Origin: Chrysemys picta bellii
Taxonomy: Eukaryota
NCBI RefSeq assembly: GCF_011386835.1
Contig: NC_088791.1
Span: forward strand, 275,652,001 to 275,716,000
Direction: 5' to 3'
Length of the DNA stretch: 64,000 nt
Part shown: positions 35,561 through 48,600 of the stretch, piece by piece
How positions within the stretch are numbered: position 1 is the first letter of the stretch
Layout: every line of letters starts with the position of its first letter
Notes under the pieces: model-generated
What the model saw: only the letters and a program-made list of their open reading frames with translations
The model's database searches: none
Told to the model about the DNA's origin: nothing
Translations under genes and position numbers: made by a program

Positions 35561-36399
35561 AGCCTCACCTTCAAGGTGGAGGATATCAGCATTCTTATTA
35601 AAGGGGAAGATATAAATAACTTGCTAAATGAAGCTTTTTCAAATGTTTACTGGTAAGGCAGAGTGATGTAACAGATGGTACTCTCTTTGATTGACTATGG
35701 AAATCTTGGGTCTGATTCTGCTCCTAGGTACTGCTGTCAATCAGGAGTAACTCCACTGAAATCAGTGTGAAACTGGTATGAGTTCAGAACTGGGCCTATT
35801 GTGGGTAGGATTGCACTGAATGCACTTGACAGCCTGAACTGTACAGGAGCTTGCACAGATCATCATTGTGATGTGTGCGAACAATTGAACAGGTTGAATT
35901 TGGAAGTGGGATGGCACATTCACTGATTTCAGTTTTGTTGTGTGGGATGGAAGTGATTCATCAGGGTGCATGACCCTCTTACAAAATCTCTGCTGTAAAT
36001 CTTATTGAAAACTAGAGAAACAAAATGCTTTGTAGACAAACAGTTTGGCTCAATTCCCTCGTCAGTGTTTACCCAGGCTGCAGACTGTTTTACCAAAAGA
36101 AATCAAAGAATAAATATGCTCTAAGGTCTAAAGATTCTCCCAACTATGTAAAACCCAAAATAAGGGCTGGGAAGGGCAGATGCTCATTTGCATGTCTGGC
36201 ATCCGGTGCTGATGCCTGGAAGAAGATGTGAGAAATACTGGTACTGTGGTGCTTGTGCATTAATATTTAAAGGAAAAGTGCATCTAATAGCACAGCTACC
36301 CTTTATGTGTATTTCTCTCACATGGTAAAAAAGTGCAAACTTTATATTACCAAATGTCAGTTAAAGCTGATTTTCAGCAAACCAAATAATCCACTAGGC

Positions 36400-36683
36400 C
36401 AGGGGTTCTCAAACTTCATTGCACTGCGACCCCCTTCTGACAACAAAAATTACTACATGACCCCAGGAAGGTGGATTGAAGCCTGAGCCCTGCCATCTTG
36501 GGGAGATGCAAATCCCACAGGCTTCAGCCCCCTGCAGAGGCTTGTAACCTGAGCTCCACCACCCAGAGCTGAAGCCCTGAGGCTTCAGCTTTGGCCCTGG
36601 GCTGCGAGGCTCAAGTTTCAGCTTCAGCCCGAGGCCCCAGCAAGTCTTAACGCCAGCCCTGGCGACCCCATTGAGACCCTCTG
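36400..36683. mobile_element. hAT (Charlie/Buster-like) MITE
   Basis: CAGGGGTTCTCAAACT ... TTGAGACCCTCTG, flanks cactaggc/aactatgc. Confidence 0.85.
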
Positions 36684-36787
36684 AACTATGCTAATGAATG
36701 GATGTGCTCTTTGAACATGTAAAGATTTCTGCAATGGGTTTGATTCATAGTCCATACTAATTGTTATACAGTGTGTGTGCCTGTATG

Positions 36788-37856
36788 TAGGGTTACCATA
36801 TTTCAGCAAGCAAAAAAGAGGACGGGAGGAGCCCCGCCCTAGTCCCACCCCTGCCCCTCCCACTTCCCGCCCCCCTCAGAACCCCCAACCCTCACCCCGT
36901 TCCTTGTCCCCTGACTGCCCCCTCCTGGGACCCCTGCCCCTAACTGCCTCCCAGGACTCCACCACCTACCTAAGCCTCCCTGCCTCTTGTCCCCTGACTG
37001 CCCCCTCCTGAGACCCTCCCCCCATCCTAACTGCCCCCTAGGACCCTACCCCCTATCTGTACCCTGATTGCCCCAACCCTTATCCACACCCCCACCCCCA
37101 GACAGACCCCTGGGACTCCCACGCCCCATCCAACCACTCCCCACCCCCTGACAGCCCCCGCCCAGAACTCCTGACCCATCTAAACCCCTCTGCTCCCTGC
37201 CCCCTGACAGCCCCCCCCCGAACTCCCAAACACCCCCCCTGCTCCTTGTCCCCTGACTGCCCCCTCCTGGGACCCCTGCTGCCCTCCAGAACTCCACCCC
37301 CTACCTAAGCCTCCCTGTTCCTTGTCCCCTAACTACCCCCCCAAATGCTGCCCAGGACCCTACGCCCTACCTGTACCCTGACTGCCCAAAATCTTCTCCA
37401 CCTCCTGGCCCCCTTACCCTGCCACTCAGAACATGGTGTTGGGCTCTGTGTGGAGCCGGACACGTGGCTGCGCTCCCCAGTGCAACACACAACCCGGTCC
37501 CTGCCCCTGCACAGTGCTGCCGGAGCGGGGCGCTGGGCAGCAGGGGAGGAGGAGCTGCCGAGGCCCGATGCAAACGGCCCAGCAGGCCGGCCAGCTCAGA
37601 ATGCAGGGGCAGGGCGGGGAGGAGGAGCTCTACAGCTGCTCCGGAGTCCAGCCCGGCAAGCTGCGGGGGAAGGGCTCTGGCTGCCAGAGCCCCATGTGAG
37701 CGGCTGAATTTCCTGCAGCCCTCCCAGCCACGCCTCGCTCTGCATGGGGGGGAAATCCCTGACATTTTTAGTGATTTACAAATTCCCCCCCCAGACGCTA
37801 TTTTAAACACAAAAAGGAGGACATGTCCGGGTAAATCCGGACGAATGGTAACCCTG
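36788..37856. mobile_element. Non-autonomous DNA transposon with internal C-rich minisatellite
   Basis: TIR TAGGGTTACCAT / ATGGTAACCCTG; near-TSD cctgtatg/ccgtatg; degenerate repeats of ccctgactgccccc. Confidence 0.85.
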
Positions 37857-38329
37857 CCGTATGTTTATGGCTGCTATGCTAGGTTCCCCAGACTCTTTCT
37901 GTCTCATGCATGCTGAGCTCTCAGCTCCCTTGTCTGCTGTCCTGCCCTGCTTCCTGCTGCAGCTTCACTGAGGCGGCCTTCCTGCAAGCCTGACTTATCT
38001 CTCGGCCCAGGGCTTCTCTGGGCCTCCAGAGAATTGCCTTATAAGCTCCTTCCAACTTCTTTTTGTGGCCTATGATGGCTTTTCCCTTGGCCCTGTGAGA
38101 TGTCATGTCACTCCTAGAGCTGGGGAAAATATTCATAGCAAAATGTTTTCTTTCAGTGGAATGGACTGACCTGTTGAAACTTCCACCAAAGTATAGCATT
38201 TCATGCAGCAGTTTTCACATTTGCAAAGTATTTGGACAAAATTAGGCAGTAAATGTTTTCCACACTTTGGATGTTTTTGATCAACTGCTGCCTGGCTGGC
38301 ATATGTATTCAGCAACTGAAGCACACAAC

Positions 38330-38490
38330 TGGGAGCCAGGACCTCCCAAGGTATTTTTTCTAACCTCTGCCACTGACCAGTTCTAAAAATACTTTGCAAT
38401 AATGAGACTTAACTAGATAACATTTGTAATGTCTCCCGACACTCATCTGAGATGGGAGTGATATTTGTCTATTTTAGAGAGGTTCATTGA
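38330..38490 (+). mobile_element. MIR/CORE-SINE remnant
   Basis: tgggagccaggac...ctctgccactgac...catctgagatggga is a MIR-like core. Confidence 0.45.
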
Positions 38491-39081
38491 GCCCAAAACA
38501 GCAGAGCTGGTCAAAAAACTGAAACCTGAGTTACATTTGGTTTTCAAAAATGATTTTTTGGCAACGTTCTATTTTTGATAATGATTTTTGAGAAATTTTT
38601 AATTGTGGTTGAAAAGACATTTTTTCATTGGAAACAATGTGTAGATGAAAAATTGTTGCCCAACTGATGTTGGTATTATTATCTCAGTTGTGAGATTAAA
38701 TGTCTTTCCCATACACCTCCCAAAGTCAACAAAAGGAAAAAATACCAATAAACTGACTGGTGTTCTTTGTATTAAGGAAGAGGGCCATGTTCTCTGTGAG
38801 GTATTAAGGGCACATAATTATCCCCATTTTACATACTGAGACATTTTGGGATGTGAAACAAAACAGAGACAAAAATTGTGACTTTTGCTTTATTGGCCAG
38901 GTTTGCACAGCTCCAGTCAGTGCCCTAACCTACATGCAGCTGGCTTCTGTTTTTCTTGCCACATTCAGCTTTCCTCGTATGCAGTTCTCTTCCTATGCAT
39001 TACACTCTTCTCTAGGCCCTGCTGCCTCCTGCAGACACGTAGCTTCTGTGTCTCCATGACCCCTCAAAGATAAATCTCATG

Positions 39082-39152
39082 GGGTGAAATCCTGGCCTCA
39101 TTGAAGTCAATGGAAAACTACCATTGACTTTATGAGGGCTAGAATTTCACCC
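39082..39152. repeat. Short palindromic interspersed repeat (hairpin)
   Basis: GGGTGAAATCCTGGCCTCATTGAAGTCAATGG, 7-nt loop, CCATTGACTTTATGAGGGCTAGAATTTCACCC. Confidence 0.75.
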
Positions 39153-41339
39153 AGGATGCCTAGAAAATGCACTTTCCAGAAGCTCCTGGCAATAGAATGC
39201 AGCCTCTGCTACAACTGGTTTCCTGAATCTTATCCACTGAAAATATGGTTTATACTACAGGCTAAGACATGGTAAATTCCTTCCCTGTACACTTAAGCTA
39301 ACATTTCCCCATCCTTGCTTACAGCCATTTTCTGATTCCCTTATGAATTTAGTATCCAGTCAATTACCAGCTTTCTTCTCCGTGTTCCAGTGGAAGTGAC
39401 TTTTAGGATTTCCCCAAAGAAAAAGCAATATAGTAATCCATCATAAAGCTCACCATGGCACAGTTCACCAAGACAATGTTCCCAGCTAAAAGAGAAGATT
39501 GAAGCTTCTGCATATGTTGGAGATGAAAAACTGGCTTTGTTCATACATGAAAAGTTGAGCTTCTGTGTTGAGATCACAGACAGAAATAGAGTCTATATTG
39601 CAAACTCTATCAAAACCACACACAAGCACATCAGGATATTTTACCAACCACATGACACCTCAGTCTGGAAATCTGGGGGAGGGGGACTGAAAATGGTCCA
39701 ATGGTTAGAGAGGAAGAGGGGTCAAATGGGCCTTTTTTTAGGACAGAGGAAATGAAAACATTCTGAAATATAGAAGGGAGGAACACGCAGATGGGAGAGC
39801 AATTGAAACAGAGAAGGAATGGGAAGGTGGCAAAGGAGGTGTACGAAATGAATACTCTGTAGCACTAAATGCCTTTTCAAAATTGAGATATGACTTTTGG
39901 ATTCCCTGAACTTCTTACAACATCTTACCAAAGAATGAAAATAGCTTATTTGACATTATCCTTATTAACAGCCTCACATTGGCAAATATTTATCACATTA
40001 ATATTCTGCAGGCATACAATGGGTTATATAGTTCATCTAAATAGCAAAAACACTCGGTTAAGAGGCTATACTATAATTTCTATGCTGAATATAAATTAAT
40101 CTAATAAAGAATAGTAAAATCAACGTTATATATATTCAATGAAAATAGGGATTGACAGATAAGATCACTATAAACGTTATTCTGTCACTCACCCTGTTTT
40201 TGGTTCTTTATAGCCACTGAGGGATATTAGCATCAGAAAATGAACCTAACAACCTTTGAAAATATATTAGTGTCTTGGCTGGAGATATTCATGGAGGAAA
40301 TGCAGTTGTTTTTTTAAAAATAAGAACATACGGGGAAAGGCAAGAACATGTTACCTTGGCATCCTCACGGCTATCTAGGCATGAAATATAGCATCTCTGT
40401 TACTTAAATGAAGATGGACCTTAATCAAAGTACTTCGGGTAGAAACTCACAATTTTGTAAGATAACATTAATTAAAATTATAGTGCAGTTTATCAATGGA
40501 CATTCTTTGTATGTCTTACATGTTGTTTATTGCAGTTATTTTGAAGCCTTTTTCTGCTGAATTGATCCCAGGGATATTTTTATGGCAAATATCTGTTTGT
40601 CTGATTTGTGTTGTCATTTTTATTGGAGCCCAAGCTTTTCAACTGTAGTTGGAGCGTCTTTAAATGAAGTATAATAAAGGCTTAGGAAAAAACTCCCTCT
40701 TTGCTGTGTAAGTGCATGCCATAGTTTTGTGTTGCAGTCTTAATAATATGTTGAGCAATTATACATACAAGATTCCAGTCAATTTGGTGGCTTGTGTAAA
40801 GAATATATTAGAGAACAACGTTTATAAAAATTGCACTATCGCAATACAGAAGTCGTATACTACATGGAAATAATCAATGAGTGCATTTCTAAAAGCCAGA
40901 TTGTAGATACACTTCTTGAAGCCAAAGTACACGAACCTTCATATGAACAGGTTTTGAGCTTCTGCCAGATTTAAATTTGCTAGCAGATTTATCCATCTTG
41001 TTCACAGATTATTAAAAGATAGCATATGTTTATTAGACCCTTGACTGATCTGAACACAATAGTTTCTGGAATGTATAATGTGAACTGTTCTTAAATGGAT
41101 TGAACAAAATGAAAACAACTGACTAGCATTTAATTTGGCTTCCTTGCCTTGTTTCTTCTCATCTGAATAGCTGTGCAAACACACACACAAAAATAGAGAC
41201 AAATGTACAGTGATGATCTGACTTTACTCTAGTTATCAGTCAAGTGTTTCAATATGGCAGATGACAAAAATTTGCTTGAAATTTCTTGAAGCCTAGCCCA
41301 GACCTGCAGAAGCCTTAAAGAAGTAAGTTGATGGCTAAA

Positions 41340-41455
41340 TATTATTATTATTTATTATTTGTATTAGCATAGTGCCTGGGAGCCCCAATCATGGACCATG
41401 ACCCCATTGTGTTAGGCACTGTACAAACGCAGAACAAAAAGATTGTCCCTGCCCC
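41340..41455 (-). mobile_element. L2/MIR-type 3'-tail SINE remnant
   Basis: (TTA)n tail then gtgttaggcactgtacaaac...gtccctgcccc; similar piece at ~42960-43020. Confidence 0.55.
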
Positions 41456-44356
41456 AAGTGTTGCATACAGTCTTGCTGCCCCTATTATGATAGTGCTGGA
41501 AACTGTAGTCCTCAGCTTATCCACTAAACTGGTATATCCTGGGCAGCAACAATGTGAGGCTCACTACATCGATCCACTTGTGTGTCTGAACTCTGACCTG
41601 AATAGCCCCCACCTTTAGAGTTAAGAACACAATCTGGTCTTCATACTGACCAAGCATTCCTCAGCCTAATTGCTGAAATATGCCAATGGTTATAACAACG
41701 GTAACAGGAACAACTGTTGCTTTGGTCTTTTCCATAGATTCTCCTAACAGATGGACTAAAATAGCCATAGCCAACTGTCCACCAGGACTAATGATTGGAG
41801 GCCTATCACAAGACCCTTAGGACCTTGGGGTGAGACCCTTTATTGCTCTGAAAGGGGGTGGGGACTCAACTGACCTAGCCAGAGGGCTGGGGTCATAAAG
41901 TGAGATTAAGCTTTACTGGCCACATTTTGGAATTGATACCGAAAGGGAAACTGAGACAAGGCCACTGTTATCAAACAGTTGGCCATGAGGGAGCATATGA
42001 AAGTGTGAGAGGCCCAACAACATCAACATGTCAGATTATAGGTCCATAGCTTTATTTATTTATCTGTAGTTTAGGGTTCCATATTTAAAAAATGAAGCCT
42101 CTCCCACTCTGTTGTGGATCATCTCCTGTTCTCTTTTCTTTCATCTCATATTTTACTTTCCTCTTACATTTCTACTTTCTCTTGAACTTGGATCAGCTCG
42201 TCCTGAAATGCAGCATAAGGTGCTTTTTGAAGTGGCCCGACAGTTCTGACCCAGCCATCCCCTCTAACTTCCGCTGGAGTGGAGCGCCTCTCACTGGAAG
42301 TGGTACTGGTGCAGGCTGCTTGGAAGTGTCAAATGTTTATTGATCGGGTTAGTTTTATGATATCATGTTCGTAATTTATGCCATATTTTTTCTTGGATAC
42401 ATTGATTCATTGATGTGATGCTCACTCACTCTTGTGGTAGAGTATAAATCACTTATGCATTAACAGCAATTCATGTCTCTGCAATGGAGTCTATTCTATG
42501 TGGTGATTTGGAATTCAGTAACGGAAAAAATAGCACAAATCAGTAATGTGGGATGTTGAGATGCTTAGCCCAAAATATAGAGTGAAGTGTATTTTTTGGG
42601 GATATTAAATATCTGTTATGTACCATTAAAAAGGGAGAGAATTGGGCTAGAAAGCTAAGACTTACACATAGTATTCTAGGTTGTTAACTAAATAAAAATA
42701 TGTACTTATAATTGTATAAATGCTTGATGAGATTATAAATAATAATGCAAAATATCAGTTGCTGCTTATATGTAATAAATATTTATTATTGCTAAACAAA
42801 AGCTGAATTTCTATGAAACTGTATCTTGTATGACACACACATTAGCACCAAAAGTTAATTCTAGTCAGTTTTAATGTTGTGAATGCCAATAGAATTAGAG
42901 AAGAGACAGTGGAAATAAATTGAATCCATGATTTACTGTTGAGATAGCCATAGTCTTGATCAGGATCAGGGCCCTGTTGTGCTAGGTGCTGTACAAACAC
43001 ACAGGTAAACATCATCCTTTGCTTTTCTTTGAACGCCTTACTTTTTCTCTACAGTTCTCTGGGACTGAGGTGAACAAAAAAAAAATTCAGTATTCTAGGT
43101 GTCATCTCACCAGAGTTGAACAGAGAAGTAGTACGCTGTCCTTAGTATGCAGATGATTCTCTACATTAGTTTGGGGGTTGAAGAGAGCTAGCCTAGCATA
43201 AGATAGGGTGAGTTGTGTCTAGCTGTTTTAGGGAGCAGCCTGCTTTGTCTCTTTCTGTTTTTTGGTTCTTGTTTGTTATCATTCTGAATTCTAAGAAATA
43301 AAGTAGTACTATATTGCTACCTTCCAGCAAGAATATGTTCTGTTTTTATCTAACATCTCTGTGTGTATGCTGTGAACATAACAATATTCATTAAATATAA
43401 AGATATTTCCCAGTTTATCACACAGTACCTCAGGTCATAATTGATGTCTGCTTTTAGGATTTAATATTTACTTTCTAAACAAAGAACTATGGAGAAAGCT
43501 CTCTAATGTATGACAGTATTCCTTCTATGATGGATGAAATGTCAGGAAATGCTCACACGACCTCCAAAAAGGACCCCTTTATGTAATGATACCTGTTGTT
43601 TGTTTTTTAACAGTAGACAAGAAGATGGATTTTGGCAGCTTTGTGCAATGCAGTCTTTCAAATTTCTGTTTGCTCATACTCTAATAGTGAACTTCCCTGT
43701 CCTGTATTATTTTTGTACAGGATAACGTATTATTGTTATGCATCTTTTAGGTTAAGCAAAGGCTGCCCTAAGCTGGCATGGCATGCAGTCTCTAGAGGAT
43801 TGCTGAACTGGGGATAAAAAAATGTTTTCCTTGACAGTTCAAATTCCAGGTGATTGCCAGCTTGCAAATGACAACACCACCAACAAAAGCTGAAAGCCCA
43901 ATTCTGCAACTCTTATTCATGTTGAATGGTACGTTCTCATGTGAACTATCACACTGAGATCCCATTGAAGAGCTACTCAACAAGACTGAGTTTCAGAATC
44001 AGGTCCTCTTTGGATAAGGATTCTTACCTTGTAGAAGAATAGAAGGAGTATGGCTTCATCGCTATAGTAAAACAGATGAAAATGAAGAAAAGATTAATTT
44101 CTCTGCCCCTTACTGAACTCTTGAAGGCTTTTATAGGAGTCAGTGTGTTTTATGAGCTATGTTTCCAGGAATGCTGGCAAAATACAGGGCAGTCACTATT
44201 TCACTCCGTCTTGTCAGATTTATTTTAACTTGCTTCAGATGGCTTTTGGAAAATGAGTGGAGAGAAACTCTCAACTAGTTCTGTTTAATTACACCTCTAT
44301 CTGGTTACCTTACCTAACAAGCTTGGTTCCCTTATTGATATTATGGTAAATGTAGG

Positions 44357-44523
44357 CAGGGCCGCCCAGAGGATTCAGGGGGCCTGGGGCAAAGCAATTT
44401 TGGGGGCCCCTTCTATAAGAAAAAGTTGCAATACTATAGAATACTATATTCTCATAGGGGCCCCTGCGGTGCCCGGGGCCTGGGGCAAATTGCCCCACTT
44501 GCCCCCCCCTCTGGGCGGTCCTG
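44357..44523 (+). mobile_element. hAT MITE (CAGGGCCGCCC family)
   Basis: TSD aatgtagg/aatctagg; homologous to the 6495 copy. Confidence 0.92.
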
Positions 44524-44591
44524 AATCTAGGCCTTATGAAATTACTTCAGATGTGTGGAACAGGGCAAAGAACAACATAATATAATAATAA

Positions 44592-44777
44592 ATGGAGATA
44601 TACCTATCTCATAAAACTGGAAGGGACCCTGAAAGGTCATTGAGTCCAGCCCCCTGCCTTTACTAGCAGGACTAAGTACTGATTTTTGCCCCAGATCCTT
44701 AAGTGGCCCCCTCAAGAATTAAACTTCCCACCATGGGTTTAGCAGGCCAATGCTCAAACCACTGAGCTATCCCTCCC
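44592..44777 (-). mobile_element. tRNA-derived, CR1-tailed SINE
   Basis: Same head as the 14061 copy (…gctcaaaccactgagctatccctcc). Confidence 0.9.
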
Positions 44778-44929
44778 CCCAAATTAGTTTTTTTAATTTA
44801 AGAAGTGGGAGAGTTCCAAGTAACATTGCTGGTAAAATAAGACACTTCTTACAAATCTGAAGCTTTATATCTTACTCTTAATTTTCTGTCTTCAATGATA
44901 AAAGAACCTACAGGTATGCTAATAAGCTT

Positions 44930-45198
44930 AGGTTTCAAAAAAGAACAAGATAAGTTCATGGAGGATTAGTCCATCAATGGCTATTAGCCAGGATGGGCAG
45001 GGATGCAAAACCATGCTCTGAAGTGTCCCTAGGCTCTCTTTGCCAAAAGCTGAAGTAGGCAACATGGGATGGATCACTTGATGATAACCTGTTCTGTTCA
45101 TTCCCTCTGAAGCATCTGGCATTGGCCATTGTCAGAAGATAGGATGCTGGACTAGGTGGATCTTTGGTCTGACCCAATATGGCCGTTCTTATGTTCTT
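44930..45198 (+). mobile_element. CR1 LINE 3' end
   Basis: …ggactaggtggatctttggtctgacccaatatggccgttcttatgttctta is a typical CR1 terminus. Confidence 0.85.
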
Positions 45199-45703
45199 AC
45201 CAGAGATCACCCTCCAACTCCAACCAGGGCTCCGGTTGGAGTCAGTTCTTTCAACCCCATGTGACTGGTTCCTGGAATGGACCACCTCAGGGCAGACTTC
45301 AAGAAACAGGGCAGACAATCCCCCCAAACTGGTGGTTTATTCTATAATTAGATTCACCAAACCAGTAACAAAAGAGCTTCTGTAGCACCACTGGCTAACA
45401 AGAAACCAAACACAGTCCCCTTTAGGCATTCCAGCCCTTGGTTCCCATCCAAACAAATTGGTCTAATATAGTGAGAGGTTACTAAAAACCCAATTCACTA
45501 TCTGTGAGGTTCTACCTGCCCCTAAGGATCAGATATACCCTCAGGTCAATATATATTTCAGATCTTACGTAAACACCATGCTGCCAGCCAATCCTTAGTA
45601 AACCAAATAAAGATTTATTAATAAAAGAGGAGAAGAGAGTTATTGAATTATTAAAAGATTATATACATTACAAATACTTGCAAGGTCCTTATATCAGATT
45701 TGT

Positions 45704-45985
45704 TCTGTTCGACAAGTATGTTCTGAATGGAACATAGTGGTGCCACACGATGCACCAAGCCACAGCTCACTTAGAGGAGAACAGATGTGCTCATGAGACA
45801 GAGAAGCAACAAAGGAAGAAAGAAAGGGCACAACAGTCCAGCCAACAACTATGTCTCCTCCAAGATTACACCGGTCACTTATGTGGGAAAATCTGCAGGG
45901 CAAGAATTGGGCTCCTCAGCCACTTAAAAACTCACCAGTGAACCCCCTTGGCAGACATCATCCTCACATTGAGGGGTAGGCAAAG
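45704..45985 (+). mobile_element. 5'-truncated RTE-clade LINE 3' end
   Basis: Encodes CGKICRARIGLLSHLKTHQ (RTE C-terminal zinc-finger-like motif); 11-bp TSD atcagatttgt. Confidence 0.88.
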
Positions 45986-46626
45986 ATCAGATTTGTAGCA
46001 GTGATGGATGAATCTGTTGGCTTGCAAAAATCTCTCTGGAATCACTCCAAAAGGTTAGAATCCAAATGCAGCTTAGATGTAAAATCTCTTAGTCTTTCCT
46101 TGCATTTTACAGGGTATTCCAAGTATCTACTTGGAGATCCCAGCCCTACGGGTTGAATCTTTTCCTGATTAAAGTTCAGCAGACTAGAGATGCAGGATCA
46201 GGCCAGAGGTTTCACTTTTATAGCTGAAGCAAGCTGTCAAGTATTTTGAGAACAGTATGTGACTGAGAATTCTTCTTTGTTGAGCACACTGTCATCTACC
46301 ACTTTGAAGTTAACATTTAATTTCCTACACATACATAGGTAATTTAGTTACACTCATCTACATAAGACAACAGCCAGTCATTCATTATACCAGTGATAGA
46401 TAAGCTGAAGATAATATAGATATTATTAGTTTCCTGCAGTGTCTCACATCTTTGATCCTAAGATTAACTGAGCACGGTCACATACATAATGTAAGGCAAT
46501 TAAGTCATGAAAAGGATTTAGCATCTAAAAGTTAATTTGGTTATATTGGTAAACTTCTAACTGGATACAGGTACACAGACAAACATCTACCCTTGAATTC
46601 TATTACTACAAATGAATGGGTTAGTG

Positions 46627-46954
46627 CAGGGATTGGCAACCTTTGGCATGCAGCCTGCCATGTTAAGTCCCTGGCAGGGATGGTTTGTTTACTGGCCGCA
46701 TCCACAGATTCGGCTGATCGTAGCTCCCAATGGCCGCGGTTTGCTGTTCCAGGCCAATGGGGGCTGCGGGAAGCGGCGTGGGCCAAGGGATGTGCTAGCC
46801 GCCCTTCCCGTAATCCCCATTGGCCTGGGACGGCAAACCGCGGCCAGTGGGAGCCGCGGTCGGCTGAACCTACGGACGTGGCAGGTGAACAAACTGGCCT
46901 GGCCTGCCTAGGGCTTACCGTGGTGAGCCGCATGCCAAAGGTTGCCGATCCCTG
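46627..46954. mobile_element. hAT MITE (CAGGGATCGGCAACC family)
   Basis: Perfect TSD ggttagtg. Confidence 0.93.
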
Positions 46955-47675
46955 GGTTAGTGATTGCTGGTCTAATACATCGCTTTGAAATTCCCATACA
47001 AGTGAATTGTCCTGATACAATTGTAATACCTCTTGTTAAGTTGTTATGGGTCACAACCCTTGTCACACCACCCAAGGGTTTTTTCAGTGGTTACAAGTTC
47101 ATAGCAGTCTCAGCTCAGAACAAGCACCCAGACTGCGCAAATCTGCCTGTTTCCTTATATAGCTTGGGCCTTTGAGCTCCAAACTTTAGGATCAGGTGAT
47201 TATAGACAGTTGTTCTCTTCTCTGGGTGCAGTTTCAAAAGGTTGCATTTATCAATAACCAGTGGAAGGGGTTTGCATTCACCTCCCCCTAGATGTTTCCC
47301 AGGAATTCCACTTCACAGGTATTGTCCCTAGAGACCATTCTTTTCTGCCACATTGTTTAATGTAGTACTTTTATCATCCAGGCCCTCAATAATACATAGC
47401 CATAATTTAATATATTTAATACAATGGACTCCAAAGTTACTTACCCTTGAAAATGTTTGTTGATTTAAGTTTATTGCAGGAAATTGCCATTTATGTCACT
47501 ATCACTCAAATGGTATATAGAAAACTATATATAAGGAAAACTATATATAAGGTATGATTTTCAGTACAGCCTTAACTCATCTCTTTTGCCCATCCCCCTT
47601 TTTTGCATCCTCACATTTGTGGGAAGAATTAACAATGAATGTCCCATATGTTTGCTCACTTGACTGCACCTATAT

Positions 47676-48225
47676 ATCATAGATTCAAAGGACAGAAGGG
47701 ACCATTGTGTTCATCTACTGTAACCTCCTGTATAGCACAGGCCATAGAACTTCCCAAAATAATTCCTAGAGCAGAGCTTTTAGAAAAAAGCATCCAATCT
47801 TGATTTAAAAATTTTGTCAGTGGTGGAAAATCTGCCATGACCTTTGGTAAATTGCTCCAATGGTTAATTACCATCACTGTCAAAAATGTAGACTTTATTT
47901 CTAGTCTGAATTTGTCTAGCTTTTATATCTTTCTCTGCTAGATTGAAGAGCCCATTATTAAATATTTGTTCCCCATGTAGGTATTTCTAGACTGTAATTG
48001 TCTCCCCTTAACTATCTCTTTGTTAAACTAAATAGATTAAGCTTTTTGAGCCTATGAAAATAAGGCATGTTTTCTAATCCTTTAATCATTCTTGTGGCTC
48101 CTCTCTGAACCCTCTCCGATTTATCAACATTCTTCTTGAATTGTGGGCACCAGAACCAGACACAGCATTCCAGCAGCAGTTGACCAGTGACAAACACAGA
48201 GATAAAATAACCTCTTTATTACTAC
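47676..48225 (-). mobile_element. CR1 LINE 3' fragment
   Basis: Minus ORF ECCVWFWCPQFKKNVDKSERVQRGATRMIKGLENMPY..RLKKLNLFSL (CR1 ORF2 end) plus CR1 3' UTR. Confidence 0.92.
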
Positions 48226-48255
48226 CGGTAGTTGATATTATCCTCTTTATGCTTC

Positions 48256-48460
48256 TGTGACCCAAGATACCCCATATTCACACCCTACATGCTACTGCAA
48301 AGATATTTGTACAAAATATGCCTTGTAAGGTATCATTTGAAAACAAATAACACACTGGTCAATAATATTGTTATAAAATTTAATAATAATAATAATAATA
48401 AATAATATTGCAAAATATTATTTAATAATAATAATGTTATTGTGAAATTTATGTGACCAT
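48256..48460 (+). mobile_element. ERV-like LTR 5' fragment with (AAT)n expansion
   Basis: Homologous to the start of the 16825 LTR; AAT repeats at ~48380-48435. Confidence 0.7.
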
Positions 48461-48464
48461 GACC

Positions 48465-48600
48465 CCTTTTTCAGAGTCACTGTTTTCCAGGACAGTGTCT
48501 CCCACTCTTTGTAAGTATGGCCTACATTCTTTGTTCCTATCAGAAAGTTACATGTCCAAATGGCATAAATTGTGCCTGCAGTTTGTAGTGGCAAACAGAA
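48465..48600 (-). mobile_element. CR1 internal fragment
   Basis: gagtcactgttttccaggacagtgtctcccactctttgtaagtatggcctacattctttgttcc is antisense CR1 ORF2. Confidence 0.65.

Larger units (their letters stand above)
45200..47670 (-). mobile_element. ERV-like LTR remnants hosting RTE and MITE insertions (boundaries approximate, possibly two LTRs)
   Basis: Antisense LTR-like composition (gatttatta...; tgtcaca at ~47060); 47090-47200 resembles 55640-55800. Confidence 0.5.

Noticed and set aside
40850-40950. Open frame EVVYYMEIINECISKSQIVDTLLEAKVHEPSYEQ as an exon
   Set aside because: No polypyrimidine tract, poor donor (GTTTTG), 101-nt length and an unrecognised peptide.
42197-42345. Exon after the pyrimidine-rich tract at ~42140-42196
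   Set aside because: Only a weak donor (GTGCTT) giving 23 nt, and the alternative frames match nothing I recognise.
47520-47552. 16-bp tandem duplication (and a 22-bp near-tandem at ~49243-49292)
   Set aside because: Ordinary slippage-type duplications with no further structure.
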